Assembly (NCBI RefSeq): GCF_051859905.1
Contig: NZ_JBHYEX010000006.1
Length of the DNA stretch: 64,000 bases
Origin: Roseinatronobacter sp.
GTDB lineage: Bacteria; Pseudomonadota; Alphaproteobacteria; Rhodobacterales; Rhodobacteraceae
Direction: 5' to 3' (one strand)
Positions 50,461 to 61,485 of the stretch are shown here, in pieces. The notes below the pieces were generated by a model. It was not told where the DNA came from. It ran no database searches and saw nothing but the letters and a program-made list of their open reading frames with translations. Numbering within the stretch: the stretch's first letter is position 1; each line of letters opens with the position of its first letter. Both the position numbers and the translations under genes were made by a program.

Positions 50461-52407
50461 TCAGCGCAGATCCGGCGGGGTGGCTTCTGCGCGCAGGGCG
50501 TCGACCAGCACATCAAGGGTTTCGGTCGTCGTGCGGTTTTCCCCAAGGCGGCGCACGGACACAGTGCGTTCGGTCACTTCGCGCGCCCCAATGGCCAGAA
50601 TGACGGGCACTTTACCCACGGAATGTTCGCGCACCTTGTAGTTGATTTTCTCATTGCGCAGATCAAGCTCGGCGCGGATGCCTGCAGCGTTCAACGTCTC
50701 CAGAACCTCGCGGCAATAGTCATCCGCGTCCGAGACAATGGACGCGACAACCACCTGACGCGGGGCCAGCCAGAAGGGCAGTTTGCCCGCGAAGTTTTCG
50801 ATCAGCATACCGATGAAGCGCTCGAAACTGCCAAGAACCGCGCGGTGCAGCATGACGGGGCGATGTTTGCCCCCGTCTGCACCGATATAGGCCGCGCCCA
50901 AGCGTTCGGGCAGGTTGGGATCCACCTGAAGCGTGCCGCATTGCCAGTCGCGCCCGATGGCGTCGGTCAGCACGAATTCCAGTTTCGGGCCGTAGAATGC
51001 CCCCTCGCCGGGGAACAGTTCATACTCATGCCCTGCCGCGCGGCAGGCATTGCCCAGCGCGGCCTCGACACGGTCCCAGCTTTCATCGCTGCCGATGCGC
51101 TTCTCGGGGCGGGTGGACAGCTTTATGCGCCATTGATCGAAGCCCAGATCGGCATAGACTGCTGACAGGAATTCAATGAATTTCTTTGATTCCGCCTCGA
51201 TCTGGTCCTCGGTGCAGAAGATATGGCCGTCATCCTGCGTGAAGCCGCGCACCCGCATGATGCCATGCAGCGCGCCTGACGGTTCATAGCGCGCGCATGA
51301 CCCGAATTCGGCCATGCGCAAGGGCAGATCGCGGTAGGATTTCAGCCCGTGATTATAGATCTGCACATGGCAGGGACAGTTCATCGGCTTCAGCGCGTTG
51401 ATGGTCTTTTCGCGGGCGTGATCCTCGTCAACCTCGACGATGAACATGTTTTCCTGATAATTGTCCCAATGGCCTGAATCCTCCCACAGCTTGCGGTTGA
51501 CCACTTGCGGGGTGTTCACCTCCAGATAGCCGCCCCTGCGCTGCTGGCGGCGCATGTAATCTTGCAGGCTGGTATAGATGGACCAGCCATTGGGGTGCCA
51601 GAACACCTGACCGGGGGCTTCTTCCTGCATGTGGAACAGGTCCATTTCACGGCCCAGCTTGCGGTGGTCGCGCTTGGCCGCTTCCTCCAACATGGTCAGA
51701 TGGGCCTTCAGGTCATTGCGGTTCTTGAAGGCCACGCCATAGATGCGCTGCAACATGGGGCGCGTGTTGTCGCCCAGCCAGTAGGCGCCGGCGATATTCA
51801 TCAGCTTGAACGCATCTGCGGGCACTTGCGCGGTGTTTTGCAAATGCGGGCCACGGCACAGATCCTGCCAGTGGCCGTGCCAGTACATGCGCAGCGGCTC
51901 GCCTTCGGGGATGCGGTCGATCAGTTCAATCTTGAACGGCTCATTCGCGTCCTTGTAGTGCTGGATGGCGCGGGCGCGGTCCCAGACTTCTGTGCGCACA
52001 GGGTCACGGGCGTTGATGATGTCGCGCATCTTCGCCTCGATCTGCGCAAGGTCTTCGGGGACAAAGGGTTCGGCACGGTCGAAATCATAAAACCAGCCCT
52101 TGTCGCGCACAGGGCCGATTGTGACCTTCACATCCGGCCAGATTTCCTGCACGGCGCGCGCCATGATATGCGCCAGATCATGGCGGATCAGTTCCAGCGC
52201 CTGCGCGTCATCCTGCATGGTATGAATGGCGATGCTTGCATCATTCATGATGGGCCATTGCAGGTCGAAATGCGCGCCATTCACAGTGGCGGAAATCGCT
52301 TTCTTATCCAGTGATGTGGAAATGGATGCTGCCACTTCGGCAGGGGTGACCCCAGCAGCGAATTCGCGCATATTGCCATCAGGGAATTTCAGGGAAATCT
52401 GGGCCAT
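50461..52407 (-). CDS. thrS: Threonine--tRNA ligase
   Basis: ORF 50461..52569. I moved the start to ATG 52407 ([19 protein letters not shown] domain). It has a class II core (FRHEPSG-type: [23 protein letters not shown]) and an anticodon-binding C-terminus. Confidence 0.96.
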   Translation of the reverse strand: MAQISLKFPDGNMREFAAGVTPAEVAASISTSLDKKAISATVNGAHFDLQWPIMNDASIAIHTMQDDAQALELIRHDLAHIMARAVQEIWPDVKVTIGPVRDKGWFYDFDRAEPFVPEDLAQIEAKMRDIINARDPVRTEVWDRARAIQHYKDANEPFKIELIDRIPEGEPLRMYWHGHWQDLCRGPHLQNTAQVPADAFKLMNIAGAYWLGDNTRPMLQRIYGVAFKNRNDLKAHLTMLEEAAKRDHRKLGREMDLFHMQEEAPGQVFWHPNGWSIYTSLQDYMRRQQRRGGYLEVNTPQVVNRKLWEDSGHWDNYQENMFIVEVDEDHAREKTINALKPMNCPCHVQIYNHGLKSYRDLPLRMAEFGSCARYEPSGALHGIMRVRGFTQDDGHIFCTEDQIEAESKKFIEFLSAVYADLGFDQWRIKLSTRPEKRIGSDESWDRVEAALGNACRAAGHEYELFPGEGAFYGPKLEFVLTDAIGRDWQCGTLQVDPNLPERLGAAYIGADGGKHRPVMLHRAVLGSFERFIGMLIENFAGKLPFWLAPRQVVVASIVSDADDYCREVLETLNAAGIRAELDLRNEKINYKVREHSVGKVPVILAIGAREVTERTVSVRRLGENRTTTETLDVLVDALRAEATPPDLR

Positions 52408-52551
52408 TGGCCGTGCTCCTCGTCGTTTTGGCGCCCACGGAACGCCCGGTTGCGGGTTATGTCGGGGCTTGATTTCGCTGTCATGGGAACGAAAGTCAAG
52501 CTGACATCGTTTATTCACGTTGCGATATTGCAAAAAACCGGAGTTCCCTTG

Positions 52552-53850
52552 ATGCGCCCAGCCGTGCAAACTGCCTTTGAGACACTAACATCCGATGATG
52601 ATGGCCGCGTATGCAAGGATATCTCGGACGCGGCGTGCAAGGAACAGCCCGCAAACTTCTTGCGCCACGCAGGCGCGCTGGGGTTAAGCAAGGCAGCGGA
52701 CGGGCTGGCGGACCCGAAACTGGTTCTGGCGTGGTTGATGACGCATCTTGGTGCGCCTGCGGGGTTGGTGGGGTTGCTGGTGCCGGTGCGCGAAGCGGGC
52801 GCGTTGCTGCCGCAACTGTTTACTGCCGCACGCATTCGCGCCATGGGCCAGAGGAAATGGGCATGGACAGGCGCGGCGGCAGGACAGGGGATCGGGGCGG
52901 CAATCATCCTGCTGGCTGCATTGACCTTGTCCGGCGTATATGGCGGGCTGGTCGTTCTGGCGGGCCTCGCATTGATTGCGCTGTCGCGGTCGGTCGCATC
53001 GGTTGCCTATAAGGATGTGTTGGGAAAAACGATTGCCAGAACGCGACGCGGCACAGTCACGGGGCTGGCTGGCAGCGGGGCGGCTGCTGTGACCTTGTGT
53101 TTTGCCGCCGTGCTTATGGTTTTTTCAGACGCGCGCGCTGTCATCGTGCTGGCAGCATTGGGGCTGGCGGCGGTGTCATGGGCTGTGGCGGCGGCCATAT
53201 TCGCAGGGCTGGCAGAAGAACGCGGGGCCAGCGATGGCGGCGCAAACGGTTGGCGCGCCGCGATCGAGAATTTGCGCTATCTGCGCGAGGATTCACAACT
53301 GGCGCGTTTCATACTGGCCCGCGGGCTGCTGACATCAACCGCGCTGGCGCCCCCCTATCTGGTCGTTATGGCATCAGGCGCTGGCGGGGCCGCACTGGAG
53401 GGGCTTGGCGCATTGGTCGCGGCATCAGCGCTGGCGGGGCTTGTCTCCAGCTATTTCTGGGGCAGGCTTGCGGATATATCCGCGCGCAAGGTGCTTATCC
53501 TGACCGGACTGACAGGCGCTGGCGCATTGGCGCTGGCGCTGGGGTTCAATGCAGCGGGGCTGGCGCAAACATTCTGGGCCTTGCCTTTGGCATTGTTTGT
53601 GCTTGCATTGGCCCATCAGGGGGTGCGGCTGGGCCGGTCCACCTATCTGGTGGATATGGCACATCAGGACAGGCGTGCGATCTACACGGCCATTTCAAAC
53701 ACCATCATTGGTGTGCTGCTGCTGGCCAGCGGAATTTTTGGTGCGATTGCCGCGCTTGCCGGCCCGCAGGCCACATTGATTTTGTTCACGCTGATGGCAC
53801 TTGGCGGCGCCTGGGTGGCCTATGACCTGACAGAATTGGGCGATGCGTAA
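52552..53850 (+). CDS. MFS-type transporter (12 TM, unknown substrate)
   Basis: ORF 52450..53850. I moved the start to ATG 52552. It is highly hydrophobic and Ala/Leu/Gly-rich, with repeated TM segments and a central loop. Confidence 0.75.
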   Translation: MRPAVQTAFETLTSDDDGRVCKDISDAACKEQPANFLRHAGALGLSKAADGLADPKLVLAWLMTHLGAPAGLVGLLVPVREAGALLPQLFTAARIRAMGQRKWAWTGAAAGQGIGAAIILLAALTLSGVYGGLVVLAGLALIALSRSVASVAYKDVLGKTIARTRRGTVTGLAGSGAAAVTLCFAAVLMVFSDARAVIVLAALGLAAVSWAVAAAIFAGLAEERGASDGGANGWRAAIENLRYLREDSQLARFILARGLLTSTALAPPYLVVMASGAGGAALEGLGALVAASALAGLVSSYFWGRLADISARKVLILTGLTGAGALALALGFNAAGLAQTFWALPLALFVLALAHQGVRLGRSTYLVDMAHQDRRAIYTAISNTIIGVLLLASGIFGAIAALAGPQATLILFTLMALGGAWVAYDLTELGDA

Positions 53851-53864
53851 GTGTGGCGCAGGTG

Positions 53865-55895
53865 TCAGTTGCCACCAAGCAACCCGCGCAAACGATTGCC
53901 AAGTTCCTGTTCAAGACCCCGCCGCAGCGTATCCTCGATCCGCTCGCCCTCCTGACGCTGAACGCCAAGTTCGCGCTCCAGCCGTTCTGCGGCTTGACTG
54001 CGTGCGCGTTCTTCAAGGCGGCGCGCTTCCTCTCGGGCCATTTCCTCGACGCGTTCCTGTTCCACGCGCAACTGTTCACGCGCCAGCGCCTCCAGGTCCA
54101 GACGGAAACGGGGTGCATCCCATGGGCCTGTGATCATCAGCGGCACGCGCAAACGCTCGTCGCCTTCGCTGCGCAGCGCGGCAGGGGTCACACGGTAATC
54201 CAGCGTGCGCGCCCCAAGTGAAACAGTCCCCTGCCCCGCAACGGAAAACCGTGCCGCCGCAAGCGCAAGGTCATCATTGCGCAGCACCCCGTCAGCCACA
54301 GTGAATGTGCCGGTAATACTGTCATAGACCGTGCGATTGCCTTCGCCCATGTAACTCATGTCCAGATTGCGCAGCATACCCGCCAGATCGAAGCCGATAA
54401 TCTCGCCCTGATCGAAGCGCAACGCGCCATCCCCGCGCAGGCTGTTCATGATGGCATGCACCGAATTCCCGACACCCAACACATTGATATCCATGTTCGC
54501 GCGCCCCTGCAGGCGGTGGTAATCCGCAACTTCGCCCAACATCGGCAACAACGAGATGTCACGCGCATTCAGATCGGCACGAACCGACAAGCCGGAACGG
54601 TTATTCGCAACCAGTTGCCCTGACAGCCTGCCCCCGAAAACGGCCGTTTCCCGCAGATCAAGCACCGCGCGCGAATTGTCGATGCTGACCCCGAAACGGG
54701 AACGCCCCAATGTCGCAAAATCGGTTCGCACAGTGTTGAAGGCCAGCGACAGTTCGGCATCCAGCAAATCCAGCGCGCTGGCGTCAATGACATCGCGGGG
54801 CCAGCCCTGTGCACCGGTCCCGCCGCCTGAACCACCACTGCCACTGCCCTGCCGCGCCGCTGATGTGCCGCCCGCGCTGCGCAAATCCAGCACATCGCCC
54901 GAAAATTCGCCGGTCAGTCTGGGCCGTGCCCCCGCAAGCGCCAGATCAGCCCCCCCTTCCAGCCGCAACGTGCCTGCGCCGACGCGGGCATTGCGGGCAT
55001 ACAGCGTACCATCAGCCGTGCGTGTGATCTGGCCTGAAAACCCAAGCGGCAGATATGCGGGCGCAATATCCCCTCCAGTTTGACCCACTGCCTGCAATAC
55101 CGGGCGCAGCAGCGGAATATCTGCATCTAGCTGCCCTTCGGCAATCATGTCGGCCAGCCCTGCCCGCCCGGAAAACTGTGCACGCGCGCCCGCAAGCCCC
55201 AGATCAGCACTTAGCCCGACCACTGCGCCGCTTAACAAGCGCGCGACATTGTCCGTGGCAACCGTCATTTGCAAAGGCTGGCCGTTCAGTTGCGCCGCAA
55301 GGGTCAGTTCCGACGGGCCATCCAGCGCGGGCAACCCGAAACTGGCATCCAGCCCGTCCAGCCGAATATCTGTGCCCGATGCGGCATCTTGAAACCGGAC
55401 CTGCCCGTCCTGTATGCGCGCCAGCCCCAAAGAAAACGTGCGCGGGCGGGTGTCGGGGGGGCTGTCAGCTTCTGTTGCACTGTCGATTTGCGGCGCAGGT
55501 GCGGCAGTGCGCACCGCAACTTCCCAGTTTCCACGCCCGTCATCATTGCGCCGCAAGTCTATAACCGGCGATTGCAGGACAATCCTGTCAATCTGGATAT
55601 CCCTGCGCATCAGGGCCGCGAAATCAAGCCCGATTTCCATCTGCTCGGCACGAAGCAGGGGCGCGTCACCAGCCCAGTCGGCATTGCCGATGGCGATACC
55701 GTTCGCCGTGGCCCCGATGACCGGATAAAAACTTGGCCGCACGGCACCATCAATCGTAAGGGTGCGTCCGGTCGCGGTCTGAAACTGCTGGGCCGCAATT
55801 TGCGCAATGCGTTCGGAAGGCAGCAGGAACAGGGCGGCTGCAACCAGCATGACCAACCCGACAACAACCGCAATCAAAGCCTTCAACACACGCAT
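53865..55895 (-). CDS. AsmA family outer-membrane biogenesis protein
   Basis: 676 aa with an N-terminal anchor (MRVLKALIAVVVGLVMLVAAALFLLP), a long beta-rich body and a charged helical C-terminal tail (EQERVEEMAREEARRLEERARSQAAERLERE). Confidence 0.8.
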   Translation of the reverse strand: MRVLKALIAVVVGLVMLVAAALFLLPSERIAQIAAQQFQTATGRTLTIDGAVRPSFYPVIGATANGIAIGNADWAGDAPLLRAEQMEIGLDFAALMRRDIQIDRIVLQSPVIDLRRNDDGRGNWEVAVRTAAPAPQIDSATEADSPPDTRPRTFSLGLARIQDGQVRFQDAASGTDIRLDGLDASFGLPALDGPSELTLAAQLNGQPLQMTVATDNVARLLSGAVVGLSADLGLAGARAQFSGRAGLADMIAEGQLDADIPLLRPVLQAVGQTGGDIAPAYLPLGFSGQITRTADGTLYARNARVGAGTLRLEGGADLALAGARPRLTGEFSGDVLDLRSAGGTSAARQGSGSGGSGGGTGAQGWPRDVIDASALDLLDAELSLAFNTVRTDFATLGRSRFGVSIDNSRAVLDLRETAVFGGRLSGQLVANNRSGLSVRADLNARDISLLPMLGEVADYHRLQGRANMDINVLGVGNSVHAIMNSLRGDGALRFDQGEIIGFDLAGMLRNLDMSYMGEGNRTVYDSITGTFTVADGVLRNDDLALAAARFSVAGQGTVSLGARTLDYRVTPAALRSEGDERLRVPLMITGPWDAPRFRLDLEALAREQLRVEQERVEEMAREEARRLEERARSQAAERLERELGVQRQEGERIEDTLRRGLEQELGNRLRGLLGGN

Positions 55896-56013
55896 AACAC
55901 CCCCACCAGACGCAATGGTTCAACCTGATGCCGAAACACTAACGACAAGCGGCAGCGATGTCTTTTCAAAAAAGCGAATTGCGGCAAACCTGCCGGTCAG
56001 GCGCCCCGCATCG

Positions 56014-57342
56014 TCATTTTTTGGCACGCACTTGTTGCAAAAGTGGCATCAGGGCCGACATGTCCGGACCATGCGCCTGCCCTGTCAATGCCTTGCGCAA
56101 CGGCATGAACAAGGCCCGCCCCTTGCGGCCGGTCTGCGCCTTGACGGCGTCAGTCCAGTCTTTCCATGCGCTTTCGCCATATGGCGGGTGCGGCAGCAAT
56201 GTCAGTGCCTCGGACACGAAATCCGCATCCTCGGCGTCAATCACAGGATCGGCGCCCTGCTGGCACAACACCCACCATGGGCGGATATCTTCCAGACGGG
56301 TCACATTCTCGCGGGCCACCTGCCAGAATTGCGGGGCGATATCTTCGGGCACACCCAGTCCGGCAAGGTAATCTGCAACAGCCTCATACGGGCGGGCCTG
56401 AATGTCGGCCCGCGTCAGGGGCCACAAATCCTCGGCATCGAATTTGGTGGGGGCCGACCCGAATTGCGACAGATCGAACCCTTCGGCGATATCATCCATA
56501 CTTGGGCGCAGTTCCACGGGCTGGCTGGACCCAAGCCGCGCCATCAGCGACAGCAACGCCATGGGCGTTACCCCCTGCGCACGCAAATCACGCAGTGACA
56601 AGGTGCCCAGACGCTTGGACAGGGCTTCGCCCTGCGGGCCGGTCAGCAGGGAATGATGCGCAAATGACGGCGGCGTGCCGCCCAATGCCTGAATGATCTG
56701 GATTTGCGTTGCGGTATTCGTAACATGGTCGGACCCGCGCACGATATGGGTGACCCCCATATCCATGTCGTCCACCACCGATGCCAGCGTATACAGAACC
56801 TGACCGTCGGCACGGATCAGCACAGGGTCCGAAACCGACGCGGCGTCAATCGACAGCGGCCCCAGAATGCCATCGTCCCATTCAATGCGTGTCTGGTCCA
56901 GCAGGAACCGCCAATAGCCGTCCCGTTCCGCACTTAGCCGGATGCGCATCGCGTCATCCATGTCCAGCGCGGCGCGGTCATAGACCGGCGGGCGGCCCAT
57001 ATTCAGCTGCTTCTTGCGCTTCAGGTCCAACTCGCCCGGTGTTTCAAAACACTCGTAGAACCGGCCATCCGCGCGCAATTTATCCGCGGCATCCTTATAG
57101 CGATCCAACCGGGTCGATTGCTGCTCGATCCGGTCCCAGCCGATGCCAAGCCAGTCAAGATCCTGCTGGATGGCGTCGATATATTCCTGCCTGGAGCGTT
57201 CCTGATCCGTGTCATCCAGCCGCAAGATAAATTCACCACCCGTCTTGCGGGCAATCAAATAGTTGAACAACGCAGTGCGCAAATTGCCGATATGCAGGTA
57301 ACCTGTCGGCGAGGGCGCGAAGCGGGTGACAATCTTGGACAT
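56014..57342 (-). CDS. gltX: Glutamate--tRNA ligase (short, ~440-aa alphaproteobacterial form)
   Basis: 442 aa. The N-terminus is VTRFAPSPTGYLHIGNLRTALFNY (HIGH-type), with a KMSKS-type motif LSKRLG. Confidence 0.92.
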   Translation of the reverse strand: MSKIVTRFAPSPTGYLHIGNLRTALFNYLIARKTGGEFILRLDDTDQERSRQEYIDAIQQDLDWLGIGWDRIEQQSTRLDRYKDAADKLRADGRFYECFETPGELDLKRKKQLNMGRPPVYDRAALDMDDAMRIRLSAERDGYWRFLLDQTRIEWDDGILGPLSIDAASVSDPVLIRADGQVLYTLASVVDDMDMGVTHIVRGSDHVTNTATQIQIIQALGGTPPSFAHHSLLTGPQGEALSKRLGTLSLRDLRAQGVTPMALLSLMARLGSSQPVELRPSMDDIAEGFDLSQFGSAPTKFDAEDLWPLTRADIQARPYEAVADYLAGLGVPEDIAPQFWQVARENVTRLEDIRPWWVLCQQGADPVIDAEDADFVSEALTLLPHPPYGESAWKDWTDAVKAQTGRKGRALFMPLRKALTGQAHGPDMSALMPLLQQVRAKK

Positions 57343-57436
57343 GGAAAAAACCTCCTGATTGGGTCATGCTTTTTCACAAGCCTTGCGCCAGCGCAAGCCC
57401 CGTGCTTTGAAACAGGACCGCAGGAAAGCGACAGCA

Positions 57437-57856
57437 ATGAACAACAGTGTATCACAATGGGGGTCATCCCTGCCACCGGACCACAGCGCGTTCGAAGAAA
57501 TCGTGATGCAGGCAATAGAAGGCTTGCCCGTCCAGTTCCGGCAGGCGGCCGCCGCTGTCGCGCTACAGATCGCCGATTTCGCGCCAGATACCTTTCTGGA
57601 GGAGTTGGACCTTGATAACCCCTTCGAGCTGACCGGCCTGTATACCGGCACACCGATGACCGAAAAATCCGTAATGGACCAACCGATGGAGCCGGACACG
57701 ATATGGCTGTTCCGCCGCCCCATTCTGGATGAATGGGTTGCGCGGGGGGATATCGAATTGGGGGTGCTGGTTGCCCATGTTTTCATCCATGAACTTGCAC
57801 ATCATTTCGGATGGTCTGATGCCGATATCGCAACAATCGCGCCTTGGCAGGATTAA
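57437..57856 (+). CDS. Small zincin-like metallopeptidase family protein (DUF1025-like)
   Basis: ORF 57359..57856. I moved the start to ATG 57437, with AGGAAAG upstream. It has an HExxH motif (FIHELAHHFGWSDADI). The family label is from memory. Confidence 0.7.
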   Translation: MNNSVSQWGSSLPPDHSAFEEIVMQAIEGLPVQFRQAAAAVALQIADFAPDTFLEELDLDNPFELTGLYTGTPMTEKSVMDQPMEPDTIWLFRRPILDEWVARGDIELGVLVAHVFIHELAHHFGWSDADIATIAPWQD

Positions 57857-57923
57857 ACGCGGTGCCAAGCCTGTCATGTCGCGTGATGGTGTGTTGCGGA
57901 ACTTGGGGAGTATCCCACCCCCA

Positions 57924-59042
57924 CTAGCCGCGCGCGGCCAGCCCGTCTGCCAGCACGGAATGCAGAATATCCGCGGGAACATCATCGCAAACAAACGCCG
58001 CGCCAATATCGCGCGCCAGAATGAACCGCAGCCGCCCGTCCTGAACCTTCTTGTCCTGCGCCATCAGGGCAACCAACCCTTCGGCGGGGGGCAGATCGCC
58101 CGGAATATCAGCCAGATCGGTCGCCATTCCCATCTGGCGCAAATGCGCGCGAACGCGGCCTGGGGTTTCCTGCGCGCAAAGCCCCATGCGCGCCGACAAC
58201 TCGAACGCCAGCGCACAGCCGATTGCAACGCCTTCACCATGCAGCAGGCGCGCGCTATAGCCTGTCGCCGCTTCCAAAGCATGACAAAATGTGTGCCCAA
58301 GGTTCAACAACGCGCGGTCCCCTTGTTCCGTCTCGTCCCGCGCGACAATATCGGCCTTCATCTGGACAGACCTGTGCACAGCATACTGGCGCAGCGTCTT
58401 GTCCCCTTTCGCCATGGCCGGGGCATTTCGTTCCAGCCATTCAAAGAAGGCACTATCGCCCAGCAGGCCATATTTCACCACCTCGCCATATCCGGCCAGA
58501 AAATCGCGCGCCGGCAGGGTGTCCAGCACATCAATGTCGGCCAGAACCAGTGCAGGCTGGTGAAAGGCCCCGACCAGATTCTTGCCATGGCGGGTGTTTA
58601 TACCCGTCTTGCCGCCGACTGAACTGTCCACCTGCGCCAACAGGGATGTAGGGATTTGCACGAAACGAACCCCGCGGCGCAGCACCGCCGACGCAAAGCC
58701 GCCCAGATCACCGATGACACCGCCCCCCAGTGCGACGACCACATCGCGGCGTTCCACCTTCTCGTCCAGCAACCACTCCACAGACTGCCGCAACCCGTCC
58801 CAGTCTTTCGTCGCCTCCCCCGGTTCCAGTGCAAGTGCTGTGCTGGCAATACCCGCATTCGCAAGGCCCGCCTTCATCCCTTCCAGATGGGATGCCGCAA
58901 CACGGGTTTCCGTCAGAACAGACACCTGCTTGCGATGTAGAAACGGCGCAATCAACTGACCCGCCTGCGCCATCAGGCCCTGCCCGATGACCACATCATA
59001 GGCGCGTGCCCCAAGTGGCACATGAACACGGTCGATTGTCAT
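57924..59042 (-). CDS. aroB: 3-dehydroquinate synthase
   Basis: 372 aa (VVALGGGVIGDLGGFASAVLRRGVRFVQIPTSLLAQVDSSVGGKTGIN...GHTFCHALE). It overlaps the aroK stop. Confidence 0.95.
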   Translation of the reverse strand: MTIDRVHVPLGARAYDVVIGQGLMAQAGQLIAPFLHRKQVSVLTETRVAASHLEGMKAGLANAGIASTALALEPGEATKDWDGLRQSVEWLLDEKVERRDVVVALGGGVIGDLGGFASAVLRRGVRFVQIPTSLLAQVDSSVGGKTGINTRHGKNLVGAFHQPALVLADIDVLDTLPARDFLAGYGEVVKYGLLGDSAFFEWLERNAPAMAKGDKTLRQYAVHRSVQMKADIVARDETEQGDRALLNLGHTFCHALEAATGYSARLLHGEGVAIGCALAFELSARMGLCAQETPGRVRAHLRQMGMATDLADIPGDLPPAEGLVALMAQDKKVQDGRLRFILARDIGAAFVCDDVPADILHSVLADGLAARG

Positions 59043-59584
59043 CCGGCATATCCTTCCAGCACATCAGGGCGCGTTGATAGCGCATCCAGCACAGCCTGCG
59101 CTGTGTCAGCTATGGCATAGCCCGATTGGGTCTGGACTGCCAGATCGGCCTTCGCATAGAAGGGCTCGCGCGTGCGCAACAGCCCTGCCAGCGTTTCGCG
59201 CGGGTTGGCCGTGCGCAAAAGCGGCCGCGTGGATTTCTGGCGCACCCGTGCCCAAAGCACCTCGATATCGGCCTTGATCCAAACCGAAACACCCAGATCC
59301 GAAATCAAGGCGCGGGTCCCCGCATTCAGAAACGCCCCGCCCCCGACTGACAGAATGCCGGGGCGGCCACGCATCAGGCGGGCGATGACTTCGGCTTCGC
59401 GGGCACGAAAGAACGCCTCGCCGTCGCGTTCGAATATTTCGGCGATACTCATTTGGGCGGCTTCCACGATTTCTTCGTCCGAATCGCGAAAGGACACATT
59501 CAGCGAATGTGCCAGTTCCCGCCCGACTGCCGTCTTGCCTGCGCCCATCATCCCCACAAGCACAACGGTTTTATGCAATTTCAT
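59039..59584 (-). CDS. aroK: Shikimate kinase
   Basis: ORF 59039..59590. The ATG at 59584 has GGAG 7 nt upstream. Walker A motif VLVGMMGAGKTAVGR is present. Confidence 0.93.
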   Translation of the reverse strand: MKLHKTVVLVGMMGAGKTAVGRELAHSLNVSFRDSDEEIVEAAQMSIAEIFERDGEAFFRAREAEVIARLMRGRPGILSVGGGAFLNAGTRALISDLGVSVWIKADIEVLWARVRQKSTRPLLRTANPRETLAGLLRTREPFYAKADLAVQTQSGYAIADTAQAVLDALSTRPDVLEGYAG

Positions 59585-59729
59585 GCCCAAGCTCCGCCCC
59601 CTCGCCCGCCCCTTAACAAGTTTTCGTGGCCTGCATTGTCCTTGTCGTGATATTGCGGCACTGTCAAAAGGGAAACCCCCCGAAGCATAGTTCGCAAAAA
59701 GAGGGGATGCGATATGAAAGGCAGGCTGA

Positions 59730-59864
59730 ATGCGACATCTGGTGCGGCTTATTCTGGTGATGGCGGTGTTGACGGGTCTGGCCGTGGTGGCCTACGCCTA
59801 TTTCGGGGACATGTCTGCCGAACAGCGCGGGTTTGAAACGCCGGTCACGCTGGATGTGAATTGA
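59730..59864 (+). CDS. Putative 44-aa single-pass membrane peptide
   Basis: Own translation (below the ORF-track length cutoff): MRHLVRLILVMAVLTGLAVVAYAYFGDMSAEQRGFETPVTLDVN. It has one clear TM helix. Its TGA (59862-59864) overlaps the TTG start (59861) of the next ORF. Confidence 0.35.
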   Translation: MRHLVRLILVMAVLTGLAVVAYAYFGDMSAEQRGFETPVTLDVN

Positions 59865-61483
59865 ACCGGGCAGGCAAACATACAGGCGCTGCGCATCGCG
59901 CAGGATCAGGCGGGGCTGCCCTTGCCTTGGCGATTGCATTTGCGCTGCCGCTTGACGCGCAATCCTTGCAGGCTGGCCGCCCGTTGAATGCTATTGACTG
60001 GCTGGAAGATGCCATGTCCCACCCATTGCCACCGGACATGACCGGCATTGACGACCCCGACATCCAGACCGCACCGGACGAGGACGGGACTGCTATTTCG
60101 GTCACGCCCCTGTTGCCGCCAACGCTGGATCAGGTCGGCCTGTTTGTGCCCGAACGCGCAGGACTCCCGCGCGAATTGTGGGGCGATGCAGCAGTCGCCG
60201 AAGTGCTGGCGGGCATTTCGGCCCTGCCTGTGGACACGGTCCCAAGCGCGCTGCAACTTGAATACCGCCTGTTGCTGGCCGAATTTGCCTCTCCCGTCCA
60301 GTTGCAGCCAGAGACGCAGGGCACGGTGCTGAATGCGCGTGTGGACAAGCTGATGGCCATGGGCGCGTTGGAACAGGCCACACAGCTGATCGACGCGGCC
60401 CCCGTCCGCACTGCGGCACTGAACGCACGCGCCTTCGATATCGCCCTGCTGCTGGGCGAGGAAGACCGCGCCTGCGCCAGCATGAGTGGGCAGATCACCA
60501 CGGATTTCGGGCACGGGGCGCAAATTTTCTGTCTGGCACGGCGCGGCGACTGGCAGGCCGCCTATATGATGCTGAATGCCACAAAATCGCTGGGTTTGCT
60601 GGAAGCCAGCGAAGCGGCGCTTTTGCTGCGCTTTCTGGAGGAAGAGGACGCAACCTTTACCCCGCCCCCACCCGCGGAACTGTCCCCATTGGGCTGGCGC
60701 ATATTGGAAGCGCTGGGTGATCCGGTGCCGACAGCAAGCCTGCCTGTGGCCTATGCCTATGCAGACCTGCGCGGAACCAGTGGCTGGCGCGCCCAGCTTG
60801 ATGCCGCCGAACGCCTGACCCGCGCGGGCGTGATGCAACCCAACCGCCTGCTGGGCCTTTATGCACAACGCCGCCCCGCTGCATCGGGGGGCGTGTGGGA
60901 ACGCGTGCGCGCCGTTCAGGCGCTTGATCACGCGCTGGCCATTGGCGACAGTGCTGCCGTGTCACAAGCGCTGGCAACCGCATGGCCGCAATTCGTCAGT
61001 GTCGAACTGGAAGTGGCATTTGCCCAGATGTTCGCCGAAATTCTGGCCGAAGCATTGGCCGATGGCCCCGTCCAGCCAGACGCGCTGGACGGGGCTGCGC
61101 GCGGTATTGTCTGGCACATCCTGTTGCTGGCGCAGACAGGACTGGATCTGGCCATCCAGATGACGCCGAATTCGGGCGCGGCACAACTCGCAACAGCGCT
61201 GGCCACTGGCGAAACCGACCTTCCGCCCGTTTCAAACGCCTCTATGGCCGCAGCCATTGCGCAGGCATTCACATCGCCCATGGCGCAAGCGGACGATGCG
61301 CCCCAACCGCCCGCCAGTTCCGGCGGGATCATCCTGCTGGACGCGCTGAACAATATTGCACATGCCGCCATAGGCGACCCACGCGCCGCGCGTTTGGGCC
61401 TGCAAGGGTTGCTGTCCTTGGGGCTGGATGATGCCGCGCGCCGGATTGCTGTTGAATTGCTGCTGCTAGAACGACGCGGCTAG
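59861..61483 (+). CDS. Hypothetical secreted Ala/Leu-rich helical protein (540 aa)
   Basis: ORF 59861..61483. The TTG is the only possible start upstream of a signal-peptide-like segment (GGAALALAIAFALPLDAQS). The composition is helical-repeat-like. The antisense ORF 59906..60931 is R/Q/G/C-rich and was rejected. Confidence 0.7.
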   Translation: MNRAGKHTGAAHRAGSGGAALALAIAFALPLDAQSLQAGRPLNAIDWLEDAMSHPLPPDMTGIDDPDIQTAPDEDGTAISVTPLLPPTLDQVGLFVPERAGLPRELWGDAAVAEVLAGISALPVDTVPSALQLEYRLLLAEFASPVQLQPETQGTVLNARVDKLMAMGALEQATQLIDAAPVRTAALNARAFDIALLLGEEDRACASMSGQITTDFGHGAQIFCLARRGDWQAAYMMLNATKSLGLLEASEAALLLRFLEEEDATFTPPPPAELSPLGWRILEALGDPVPTASLPVAYAYADLRGTSGWRAQLDAAERLTRAGVMQPNRLLGLYAQRRPAASGGVWERVRAVQALDHALAIGDSAAVSQALATAWPQFVSVELEVAFAQMFAEILAEALADGPVQPDALDGAARGIVWHILLLAQTGLDLAIQMTPNSGAAQLATALATGETDLPPVSNASMAAAIAQAFTSPMAQADDAPQPPASSGGIILLDALNNIAHAAIGDPRAARLGLQGLLSLGLDDAARRIAVELLLLERRG

Positions 61484-61485
61484 GC

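Noticed and set aside
55896-56013. GGTTCAACC in the asmA-gltX gap as a possible tRNA T-loop
   Set aside because: The flanking bases do not form a T-stem, and no acceptor or anticodon arms can be drawn.
59906-60931. 341-aa minus-strand ORF opposite the 540-aa hypothetical gene
   Set aside because: Neither strand has a recognised family, so I compared compositions. The plus-strand product has a signal peptide, balanced acidic and hydrophobic content and tight coupling to neighbours. The minus-strand product is R/Q/G/C/H-rich, typical of a non-coding frame.
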